NCBI GenBank assembly: GCA_026770705.1
Contig: JANJGN010000008.1
Span: 68,820,001 to 68,884,000 of the forward strand
Length of the DNA stretch: 64,000 nt
DNA from: Isurus oxyrinchus
Taxonomy: Eukaryota
Direction: 5' to 3'
Shown one piece after another: positions 25,385 to 36,594 of this stretch. The notes under the pieces were generated by a model. The model made no database searches and was not told the DNA's origin. It saw only the letters and a list, made by a program, of their open reading frames with translations. The stretch's first letter is position 1; every line of letters starts with the position of its first letter. The position numbers were made by a program, and so were the translations under genes.

Positions 25385-26486
25385 GCTGTTATTCTCAATT
25401 GCCCATCTGAGCAACAGGCAAAGGGGTCGCTCCTACCTCCATCTGAAGCTGCTTCAAATGGCCCAGTACCACCCAGCCTTTGAGGCGCATTCTGCGGGGA
25501 TTTTTCGTTTCGGCCAGGAATTTTGTTTTACTGCAGGGTTTAGGATTATTCGGTAGAACGCTTCCCGTAGAAATCCTGAATAAACGCCCACACCCCCCCC
25601 CCCCACCCCCACCAGATCGTAACGACGTTAGCATTTATATATAAGCAATGCGTGATTTTCTCTAGCTTTTGTTCAAGTTCAATGGGAACCCCGAGCCTAT
25701 TGCTGCACCAACGGGTAGATATAAATGCTAAATCCCAGTGTTTTTATACCGTGCACGAAGCACAAGCGGTGCAGGCAAATTGGTCAGTTAGCAGGGCCTT
25801 GCAGGCTGTGTCAGATAACGGAGAAAATCGACGCCCAGGGACAGAATGCACGTGCTGGATTTTTTGTTTAAAGAAAATAAATAAACTGCCCTATGTTCAT
25901 CTGGTTGTCATGCTGAATAATCCTCGATGCAGTATTATTTTTGTGATAATCATAACGGAGTGTTGACGCCCCGGGTTCAATGTGCAAATGAAACAGAAAA
26001 CATGTCTTCTTGCTATTAATTAAAATGTACTTGCGGGGCTTGAGTGAGGTGTTTGTACAGAAGATAAATGGTATTGCTGGTTCAGAAAACTCGAGAGTTT
26101 AGCAAGACTTCGTTTATTGTAGTTGTAATTAACACTTTCAGATTCCGGGAAGAAGGGAGAAACAGGACATTCCCTTTGCAGGATTCCAACATAGCGAAAT
26201 CTGGAGGTGATATTAGACACAAAGAAGGATTCGTCATTTCTCGGTTGATCGAGCCTAAAATGACACTTGGACTATTTTTTTAAAGTGGCGTCCGACAGGA
26301 ATGTACTGCGAAACTAAAGCGTTAGCAACAATGAAAATATTCAAACCAGACTTAAGCAAAGTTCTGAGAGAAGGTCGAGAGGGCTCGATTTGGGGAATAG
26401 GAGTGGGGGCGCAGCTTAGTTTCCATTTACTTAATATCGGGTTGATCATGAAAGTGTCCAAGATTGATTGACAATGAAGGGATGAA

Positions 26487-26752
26487 CCCCCCCCCCCCCA
26501 CCCCGCCCCCCGCCACCTCCCCCCACCCACCCCCCCCCCCCGCCCCCCCGCCACCTCCCCCCACCCACCCCCCCCCCCCCCCCCCCCGCCGCTCCCTCCG
26601 CTCAAACCCCTCTTAAACTCCTTCTTGAACCATGCGCATTTTCACACCCGATGGGCTGGTGAGGAGGATGGACAGCTTTCCAAAACACATTATACCTAGA
26701 CCCCCCCCCCCCTCCCTCCCCCGCCCACCACCCCCCCCCTCCTCCCCACCCC
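26487..26752. repeat. C-run clusters (G-quadruplex-prone on the - strand)
   Basis: Multiple long C runs at 26487-26600 and 26701-26752. Confidence 0.9.
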
Positions 26753-27227
26753 GTCCTCTGTAAACGGCACGTAAAAACCGTCAGGTTTGTACTAAGGCCA
26801 ATGGCAAACATTCGTTCTGTACCTTATTGTAGAAAGTTACTGTAGATGCGCTGAATATATATATATATGTATACATATACACGCGCACACACCAATAATT
26901 TCCGCTAGGACTCCCTCAGTTTACTACGCTTCTTGGGTTTCCGCCGAAGTTACGTTGGGAGCAGCGGATCAATTCGTTTCAGCGCGCCTAGGTACTGAAA
27001 AAAGAAATCGTGTGAACATTTTAATACCGAGTGGGATCTCATCAATGTCGAATTAAATAGAAGTGGATAAGAATGATTTGATGTGTTTGGATTCGGTCCA
27101 AGCCAACGAATGAGAATGGACGTGGCACATTGCGACCTTTACAATGAGGATAGAAGTGAATAAAAACCTGTTGGGACATTAGGATTGCAAGTCTATATTT
27201 CTATATCAGGTCAGGATTGTTAGTTTT

Positions 27228-27570
27228 CTTTTATTCTTCTTGGAATGTGGACGTCGTTGCAAGGCCAGCATTTATTGCCCATCCATGGGCAACCTCCAAC
27301 TGAATGGCTTGCTCATCCTTTTCAGAGAGCAAATCACTGCTGTGGGTTGCAGACGCACGTAGGTATGGACGGCAGATTTCTTCCCCTGAAGGACATCAGT
27401 GAACCAGATGTTTTGTTTTGACAATGCAGTAGTTTAATGATCATTGTTAATGGGACCAGCATTTTAATTCCCGATTTATGAAGTTATTTTATTTAAATTC
27501 GTCCAGCTGCTATGGTGGGATTGAACCCATGTCCAGAATACTAGCTCAGTAACATTACCACTATGCTATC
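27228..27570 (-). mobile_element. tRNA-headed SINE sharing its 3' tail with the CR1-group LINE
   Basis: The - strand reads tagcatagtggtaatgttactgagctag...gggttcaatccc (A/B-box-like), then catctggttcactgatgtccttcagggaag, then tail gatgggcaataaatgctggccttgc. Confidence 0.75.
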
Positions 27571-27914
27571 GCAATTCCCCCCCGCCCGCCTGTTACGGTA
27601 GACGATGCTTAATGTTACTTTCATTTCTCGTGCTTGATTAAATCCATTAAGTGAAAAGAGTTATTTAGCTCCATGAGCGCAAGGCACAATTTAGGATCAA
27701 TAGCAACGTTGATGTTCCAGAATAGATTGAGGTGTATAAAATAACTAATCTTAACATTGAGCTAGTGGCTGGATGCTTGAATACAATCTAAGCAAATGAA
27801 GCACTTGGGCCAGATCAATTTCGCCCCAGGGTTCCTTCCTGGAAACTCAAGGACCTACTAACAGAAACATTAGCAGAAATAACTAGCGATTGGTTATAAT
27901 TGGGTCATAGTGGG

Positions 27915-29110
27915 CAACTGGAGAAAGGATAATGCACTGCCTTCGTTTCAAAAGATCAAGGAGGGCTAATCTGGATTGCTCCAGATTGGTTCGTTTCACA
28001 TCAATAGTAAGGAAATTTTAGAATTAATGATCAAGGAAAGAGGCAGTGGAATCATTAGGAAGATGCAAACCGATTGGTAAGAGTTGAAATGAATTTACAA
28101 AAGGGAACTCGTGGCGATAGACATCTACAGGGCGATAGATATCTTGATAATGCAAGAAAAGATAAAATCAAGGGTAAGAATGTACATCTGAAAAAAATGA
28201 TTTTTTAGTAAAGTTGGTCCCTGAGAAAACTAGTCCAGAAGATGAGCAGACATGGTATTAGCAGCAGTGTGTTAAGATGGATTGATGCACCTAAGAAACA
28301 CGTATTAGAAAGGAAAATATCCCGGATGTAGGGGCATGACAAGAGGAATGCGTGGGGTATGGATGTTTAAACCAACTACTCTTCATTTTTACAAATGACT
28401 TGGAAAAAAATGTCTTAGCAAGGTTGACCTGTATCTGCAGAGAAAATGGTTGCGTTGACATTTTGAGTGCAGGGGGTTAAATCAGAATTGAAACATGAGG
28501 AGAACGGGGTCTGACTGACCCTAGGTCCATCAGTGCATGAAGCCAATGTTTGGCTGCTTTCAAAAAAAAATGAATGGGATGTTAGGTTATAAAAACGATA
28601 GAGCGTAGCCCAGTGGGAATACCCTGCATATAAAGCATTGGCGAAGCCACACTGGGAGTGTTGTGTGCAGTTCTGGAACCCTGGCGATAGAAAGAATGCA
28701 GTTGAACTGGATAAAAACTTTGAGAAAATAAACCTTAAATGGTAAGGAAAGAAGAGAGCACAAGGAGGGATACGGGGAACTCGAGTCTTGATTGAAGAGG
28801 AGATAGGGAGAAGATAGATACGAGTGAGGTTTTTAAATTGATAAGACTCGGGGCTGCAGGGAAGGGATCAAACCTGTTGGAATTGGTAGGCGATTGTAGG
28901 AGACTTGAGCATAAGTGGAAAAAAGTAGGCTTACATTTAAAGAACTGCTACTTTACTGAGAGGGCAGCCAGTTTCTGCCATCAAAGAGGCACAAGGGGCA
29001 AGTAACCGAGATCGTTTCAAAGTGATATTGACGAAGTAGCGTGAACAACAGAATCTATAGTTGGCTACAACTGGCGGGGCTAAGGCTTGTGGCCATGGTT
29101 TTCCCCTCCT
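27915..29110 (+). mobile_element. Heavily decayed CR1 LINE reverse-transcriptase region in intron 2
   Basis: Remnants of CR1 ORF2 motifs: ...TSIVRKILELMIK-like at ~27995-28035, and gccacactgggagtgttgtgtgcagttctgg (HLEYCVQFW-like) at ~28646-28677. Confidence 0.65.
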
Positions 29111-29350
29111 GCCCTCTTCAGCCCAAGATTGTCCTCCTATTAAAGTGAACAGTGGAAAGCGGCGGGCTGTGGAGGTTAAAAAGGGGCAAACCCAGTCTGT
29201 GAACTTAGTTTGGTGAACATGACACATGCGGGGTTGTGCATCGGCATCTAAATGGAATACACTAAAAAATATTTTTGAGATGTGACCTCCTTACATGGAA
29301 ACACAATAAAAAGTGCACAGTCTCTCAAATGTTCCCGTTTCTCTCGCCAG

Positions 29351-29518
29351 GTAAAAGTGTGGTTTCAGAACAGAAGGACCAAATACAAGCGACAAAAACT
29401 GGAGGAGGAGAGTCCTGACACACAGCAAAAACGGAAAGGGACACAGCACGTTAACAGGTGGAGAATGGCCACCAGACAGACCAGTCCAGAGGACATTGAT
29501 GTCATTTCAGAAGATTAG
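29351..29518 (+). CDS. emx3: Emx3 coding exon 3 (recognition helix [11 protein letters not shown] and C-terminus ...EDIDVISED*)
   Basis: Acceptor ttcccgtttctctcgccag| at 29350, phase 0. TAG stop at 29516-29518. Emx-type C-terminal DIDV motif. Spliced product is 234 aa. Confidence 0.96.
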   Translation, partial: VKVWFQNRRTKYKRQKLEEESPDTQQKRKGTQHVNRWRMATRQTSPEDIDVISED

Positions 29519-30330
29519 AGGCATTTTGGATTTAAAGGACAAACAACGATACAAACTTCTCAGTATAATTCGTGCAATGGTCACGCCAAGCAGCCGGGCA
29601 CATGGACTGAGATCATTAAGCAGATATAATAAATATATATATATTCAACACCTTTTATTATATTGGCCCATTGCGGAGTTATCGAGTCCACTTCTAATCA
29701 ATTCATAGGACACATGATGGACTTAGAAAAAAACTCCAAACGTGTGATTATGCTTTCATTAAAAAGATTTTTTTTAAAACGACTGCAGCAACTTGAAGAC
29801 GGATCGTTCCCGCTTGAAATGACCTTGGGATTGGGAGGCCGAGCATGGAAGGAGTCCGCCTCGCCGCTCGCTATACATTGAGAGTTGAATTCTTTTTAAG
29901 GCGGACTTGATTAAAGTAGCATCCAACATGTCTGCAGATAGAGCCACGGGGGATGGTGTTTTTTTCTAAAAATCACGTTTTAGGTCGGAGGATTTTTTTA
30001 AAGAGGGAAGTGCGCGCAAGAGCGGGCGCACCTGCACGCACTTGAAGTGTGAGTGAGAAAGGCTCATTTAAAAGTTTCTACGGGTTTTTAAACAGAGAAA
30101 AGGACGGTCTGTAGGAGTTTAGCGCCGAGGACCTCGTGTATATGAATATGTGGTTCCTGTTTCTTGATGTACCTGTTGATGTCTTATCTCGCCCCCCGCC
30201 CCTAGATCTCTTTTATACTGGTCTTCATTGTCGATTGTAAATATATGTGTGTCACGAATGGCGTGTCTGTACTACAGAATAATAAGGAAATATTTTTTCC
30301 ACAATAAAATATATTAAAAAAAACATGCTT
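29519..30330 (+). other. Putative Emx3 3' UTR with polyadenylation signals
   Basis: AATAAA at 29628-29633 and 30303-30308. The distal signal sits in an AT-rich stretch and is preceded by TGTAAATA (30236-30243), typical of developmental transcription-factor mRNA ends. Confidence 0.55.
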
Positions 30331-30373
30331 TCTAATGGTTAGGAACAGGAAACAAGTCTTCTCAGTAGCCTGA

Positions 30374-30478
30374 AAGCAAAATACTGCAGATGCAGCAAAC
30401 TTGAAATAAAAACAGAAAATGCTGGAAATACTCAGCAGGTCAGGCTCCCTCCAGATGCTGCCTGACGTGCTGAGTGAG
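30374..30478. mobile_element. Short Penelope-type fold-back fragment with a 7-bp flanking direct repeat
   Basis: aaagcaaaatactgcagatgc...aaaacagaaaatgctggaaatactcagcaggtcaggc; inverted arm gcctgacgtgctgagt; AGCCTGA at 30367-30373 and 30479-30485. Confidence 0.7.
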
Positions 30479-30679
30479 AGCCTGACTTGCTCCGTCTCCT
30501 CAATATGCTCACACACACACACATACAGAACGGTTTTAACTGTCGTCAGCTGGGGACACCACACACCCGTTCGAGTTTAACTTTAGGATACTCCTTTCCA
30601 TGCGGGGAAATTTCGACAGGTTTGCAGAGATTGGAATGATCAAAAAAAAAACGCTGCGATTTTACTTCATGCAATCGTA

Positions 30680-31170
30680 GAGACACAAACGCATAAACAA
30701 ACACAATCTCACACAAAATGCAGCCACAAACACAATCTCGCAGAAAACGCAGACACAAACATGGTCTCAAATGAAATACAGACACAAACACAATCTCACA
30801 CAAAACGCAGCCACAAACACAATCTCGCAGAAAACGCAGACACAAACATGGTCTCAAATGAAATACAGACACAAACACGGTCTCACACAAAACGCAGACA
30901 CGAACAGTCTCACACGAAAAGCAGACACAAACACGGTCTCACACAAAACACAGACACAAACACTATTTCACACAAAACACAAACACTATTTCACTCAAAA
31001 ACACTCACTTTCATGCAAAAACACCCAAACTCAATCTCAGACAAAACATACACAAATACAATATGACACAATCTCACACAACATGTGCAGACACGAACTC
31101 ACACAACAACAAACATTCTCACACAGCACACACACACAAGCGCACAGTCATGCATAACATATACACAAAC
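30680..31170. repeat. CA-rich tandem array, 29-bp monomer with an 87-bp higher-order unit
   Basis: acacaatctcacacaaaa recurs at 30701 and 30788 (87 = 3 x 29). Confidence 0.85.
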
Positions 31171-31172
31171 AC

Positions 31173-31881
31173 AGGGCTGAATTTTATGGGGTGCCATGGT
31201 CCACACCCCCTGGATAAAAAGTTGGGTTGGGGGGGAGGGGGGGGGGGTGTTGGGGTAACAGCATTAATTGCTTTAAGGTGAGAATTCTGCCCCTACCTTG
31301 GTAGGAAGCTCGCTTTAGAGATCTGTGGTTGATCAGAATGGCCAGCAACTCTTTAGTCCCAGCAGTGCCAACCAGGAGTGCCAGATTCTGTGGGGATTAT
31401 AGGCTGTCCCACTACACTAGAGAACCCAGGTAAATCTGGGGTTGGGGCTCTCTGTGAGGGATGTAGGGGATTGAGGAGGTGGGGTGGGGAGTGGGGAGAG
31501 GTTCAAATGGCCGGCAGGAGGATTAAAGGGGGAGCTAACTTTAGGGGGAGGGTGCTTCTGATAGGCCCAGGGGGCTTCCAAAGGAGAATTACCCTTTGCC
31601 TGATGCCAGCTCGCACAGCTGAAACTGCCAGGTTTCCTGCATGGCATGGTTATGAGTAAACTAGCAGCAGCAGCAGACTGAGGCCTTTTAGAAGCATTAA
31701 TCGACCCCTTAAGGGCCTCAATATGCCCAAGAGTGGGTCACCTGCCCATAGCCTCCACCACCCTCCATAGAATTTCAGACAGGTCACGAGGGGTGGGTGG
31801 GCAGTGGGCAGGCAGCCTGCTGGATCTTATGAGCTCCCCATGTCTTCAAAACCACCAACAGAGGAGCCCAAAATCCAGCTC
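31173..31881. mobile_element. MITE-like non-autonomous DNA element (possibly PIF/Harbinger-related)
   Basis: Starts gggctgaatttt and ends aaaatccagctc (imperfect terminal inverted repeats). GC-rich interior interrupts CA-rich sequence on both sides. Confidence 0.5.
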
Positions 31882-32009
31882 TCAATCTCACACAAAACAC
31901 ACACACCCACACATGCCCACCCTCATCCCACCTCTTCCAAAAGGCAAGCACACACGTGCGCACCTGTCCCCAACCCCAATGCCAGCTCAACCAAAACACA
32001 CATGTGCCC

Positions 32010-32730
32010 ACCCCAACACCATCTCACACAGAACACACCCACGTGCAACACCATCTCACACAGAACACACCCACCCCCAACACCATCTCACACAGAACAT
32101 ACCCACCCCCAACACCATCTCACACAGAACTCTCCTACCCCCAACACCATCTCACACAGAACACACCCACCCCAACACCATCTCACATAGAACACACCCA
32201 CTCCAACACCATCTCACACAGAACACACCCACCCCCAACACCATCTCACACAGAACACACCCACCACCAACACCATCTCACACAGAACATACCCACCACC
32301 AACACCATCTCACACAGAACATACCCACCACCAACACCATCTCACACAGAACACACCCACCCCCAACACCATCTCACACAGAACACACCCACCACCAACA
32401 CCATCTCACACAGAACACACCCACCACCAACACCATCTCAAAGAACACACCCACCCCAACACCATCTCACACAGAACACACCCACCCCCAACACCATCTC
32501 ATGCAGAACACACCCACCCCCAACACCATCTCACAGAACACACCCAGCCCCAACACCATCTCACACAGAACACACCCACCCCCAAAACCATCTCACACAG
32601 AACAAACCCACCCCCAACACCATCTCACACAGAACACACCCACCTCCAACACCATCTCACACAGAACACACCCACCCCCAACACCATCTTACACAGAACA
32701 CACCCACCCCTAACACCATCTCACACAGAA
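32010..32730. repeat. 32-bp minisatellite (CAACACCATCTCACACAGAACACACCCACCCC), about 22 copies
   Basis: Highly homogeneous units; generates stop-free H/T/P-rich ORFs. Confidence 0.95.
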
Positions 32731-33499
32731 TATAAATAGGGTTATGAAAAATGATAAACTTTGTGATTGTAGATCGATCGGAGAATCTTCAACATCTACA
32801 ATGGCACCCAATTCAAATCCAACAAAAAATGATCTTAGAATCTAGGTGATGAATACATTTCCAATTCTGAGCCACTGATAGAAAGGGACAAAAGTTGGGT
32901 AAATTGTGTGCTGTGTATTAGAATCAATACACACAAAAACAGAATTAATATTGTAAATGACCAACTAATTATAGTGAAGAAAGTCATTCATGCCATTTAA
33001 TTAATTCATCCAGAATTTCCCTCAAATTCCCGATTGCAGTATTGAATTCATTCTTAGATGATTATAGAGTTTTGGCCTCCAACAGCATCTTGTATTTATA
33101 TAGCATAATCAATCAAACATGGACATGGACCCAAAAATGGAAACAATAGGATGGGTGACCAAAAGCTTGGTCAAACCAGCATCTTTATAGAGAGATACAT
33201 GGAAAGGCAAATAGTTTTGGGTAAGAATTCCAGAGTTTAAGGCCTGGACAACTGAAGAAATGCAGAGTTCTGGCAGGGTTGTAGGACTGGAGGAGATTAT
33301 AGAGATGGAACGTTGAGAGACTAGTGTCGGATTTGTATGGAGTCAATTCCTATTAGTAATGCTGATTTACCATTTACTTGTTTGCATTTATGACAGCTTG
33401 TTCTCCCCTTGCAATTTAAAGTAACATTTTAGATTTACTTTTCCCTTACCATTTACTATGTTATCCCAAAAGACTACCTCTGCAGTACAATATTTGAAG

Positions 33500-33725
33500 G
33501 TTGCAAAGCCCAAGTTTTTTCAATCATTTCTTATGATTCAGATCTCTAACACTAGGATTAGTCTTGTGGTTCTTCATTGCACCAACTCCCAGGCTTAAAT
33601 TTCTCCCTTGTGTTTCAATGACCAGAACTGTGCACCGTACTCAAAGTGGGGGACTGACAAGTGTATTGTACAGTTTGATCATGGTATCCTCTGACAAGTT
33701 CTACAGTATTTGATTTATTGATTGC
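33500..33725 (-). mobile_element. Decayed CR1 fragment
   Basis: accagaactgtgcaccgtactcaagtgggggactgac on the - strand encodes a HLEYxAQFW-like CR1 ORF2 motif. Confidence 0.5.
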
Positions 33726-36419
33726 TGGGTTCAGTGTTAAAATAAAAGAACCCACCCTCCTACACACATGCGCACACATAGATGCACACAACGCATTCAT
33801 ATGCACAAATATCCACAGAAACATGCAGATGGTGTTGTATAAGCAACTCAGTCATGCAGCCAAATGCAATCATATATTGCAGCCAAAACCAAAATTACTG
33901 CAGCCAGTGCAAAGCCAAAGAGCTGTTAGAATGCCATTTGACCATCACTAAATGAAACAGCTCTGGGTATGAATAGATTAAAAAAAGCAGAGCTAGCAGT
34001 GAGTGAGTCCTTAATCATCTAAAAACCAGAAGGTAGTGTCACAACATTGGGTTATACTGTTTAAATGTGGTATGGAATTTTTAAAGAAAGTGTTTAGAGA
34101 CTGTGGACTCTCCCACACCCACTTTTCAATAGGATTACCAATTAGTTACACAATGCAGACAGTGCTGCAAACATATGTGCAGACAAGTTCTTTGTCACTG
34201 AGCTTGGTGAATCCTACAGCCTACACTTTGTGCATCTGCCTGCTGACTATTACACTACATGAAGACAAGTATCTGTAATCAGGCAACACCGACACTGCCT
34301 CCGGAAGTGGTCACACGTATTTTATTCAGCCGACTTCACACTTAAATTACATGACACAGTTTGTGCCAATGTGAAACCAAAAATACTTTGCATTGGTGCA
34401 AGCTATTTACTATAACTGACTTGCAAAGAGTGAGACAGAAACAAATAGATAGGAAAGAGAAGTTTGCTTTACCTATTATGTTATTTTATTTTTTTCTTCA
34501 GAACATTTTCCATTTTCTTATAACAATTTTTTCAGTTGCTTTTTAATATTTATTTTAAAAATCTATGGCGTTTAGTAGAGAAGAGTGATAACTACAATGT
34601 GATGCCTGGTTATGTGACTAACTTCCTAACTCACAAAGCAATTAGTGAAATGTGGTAGCACATTGATAGTTTCATTGTATAAAACTATAAGCAAATCAAA
34701 TAATTGTGGAGAAATGTTTTCAATTAACATGTAAGCTCTTGTTTTATTCCATACAAACTATTGCCTGTAGGAAGACAATAAAATATATTTCTCCTTCAAA
34801 CATTTCAATCTAAGTGCACTGTGATTACTGCTTTCCCTGAACTTTACAAACCTTTTCATGCCTTTTATTGTTTTTTATTCTTTCCTAACTGTATACCCAC
34901 TCCCCTAACTCCTCTATCACTGGCTCAAGTACATTGGTTTTTACTGTCTACCTTTCCTTTATCAGGCACCATATATGTATATATTTAGCTATGTTAAGAG
35001 AACACATACCACAATTGTGTAACATTTCTTTGTCAGCAATTTCAAAGCATGTGTTCACTTAATTAATTTAAATGGGTTATTACCTCTGCTAAAATATTGG
35101 ACAACAAACCATCCTATGAATGCATCAAGCATTCATCCACTAATATTGGACATCATAATTTCTAGCCTATCATCATTTCATTTTCGTCTCTGCATAAACT
35201 TTACTTCCTCTTTAACTCTTCAGCACATTCTTCTGTGCCACACAAGCCTTTTCTTAGTTCTCTCTCAGGTTACATTTTCTACTTCCTCATTTTCATTCTT
35301 TTTGTACCAGCCTTTAACCATCATCATAGCCTGGCTTCTGTGGGGAGCCCAAAAATCTCTCATCTTTGATAGGACTTCAGGGGACTTTACTGATGTTCTC
35401 AAAGCCTCATCTCAAGTACCATGGGATGCTTTACTTTCTTAAAGGAGCTGTATAAATGCAAGTTGTTGTTGTCTCCTTTTTTTGATACCTTCTCAGTTCT
35501 TTTGTTCCTTCCATGCTCTCCTCATAATATCTGTCTTTCACTCTTTCTATAACTTCTTCCAAATTGGTACAATGTTATCAGCTTCAGGCTCAGTCCTTAA
35601 GTCTTTGCACTCTTCCTTTCATCAATCTGTTCTTGCACCCCCATTGATTGCAGTCAACTTCCTTACCTTTGTTGTATCAGTCGTGGTTCAATCATTGAAA
35701 TGTTCCTTCTGAAGCATACCCACATGATCACTCCAGTGCGAGATGAGATCCCATCAGTGTCCTAATAACCCAGTCATGTTTCAACTGCTGTTGGATTCCA
35801 ATATCTGCCTGGTATAGTACAACTAAGGGAAATCCAAGAGAATCACATATGCAAATAAATAAATGCGATCATAAATGACGATAAATGATGGGTCTAAACC
35901 CATGAATTATTGCCTGTAATATACACTTGCACTTGACTGGAAATTATTTTTCATCAGGCTGATGCCTTTATTAATGCAAAATATACTCATTTTTAATTTC
36001 CATTTCAATAACACTTCATTATAACATTCAAACCCTATGTATGCTGTAGTTAGAGATGATTTCCTGTATTCTTTGCTCTTTGTATGGTCTCCAGCCAGAG
36101 TGTACATCATTAAACATTTTTGTTCAGATTCCAAGAGACTCCTCTGATAGTTGTGAAAGCGTGTGGTTCTTAATCTGCGTGTTGAAGTAAAACAGCTTCA
36201 CTAGGAAAACTGGTAAAGAATAGGAAAGCTTTTCAATTATTTCATAGCAGAAGTTTCACATGCCAGTTTGATAAATTGAAAGAACTACATGATTAGAAGG
36301 AAGTCATGCGATTTGAGAATCTACATAACCAGGGTCTTGGTTTTTGTGAATACTGCTCCTCAGAACTTCATTAAGCATTGTGAGCATGACATTATGTGGT
36401 TGAAGCAGCCAGAGAAAAG

Positions 36420-36590
36420 AAAAAGACTTGCATTTATATTGCACTTTCATGACCTAAATGTATCTCAAAACACTTTACAACTAATAAAGTACTTTTCAAG
36501 TCTACCAGCTGTTGTAATGTAAAGAACATGGCAGCCAATTTGCACATAGCAATGTCCCATAAACAGTAATGGGAATACTTTCCCAGATCT
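36420..36590 (-). mobile_element. Deu-type SINE (SacSINE1/AmnSINE1-like), 3' part
   Basis: aaaagacttgcatttatat...gtacttttcaag...atggcagccaatttgcaca matches the intact copy at 62270-62690. Confidence 0.65.
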
Positions 36591-36594
36591 CCTG

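Noticed and set aside
26255-26811. Gly-rich ORFs on the - strand
   Set aside because: Translation of poly(G) tracts.
31733-32735. Long ORFs of 326 and 259 aa rich in H/T/P
   Set aside because: Translation of the 32-bp minisatellite, which lacks stops on the + strand; no domain or splice evidence.
35660-35700. - strand YNKG resembling a sideroflexin C-terminus (a possible Emx neighbour gene)
   Set aside because: In-frame stop immediately upstream and no other matching residues; no exon of a neighbouring gene could be identified in the window.
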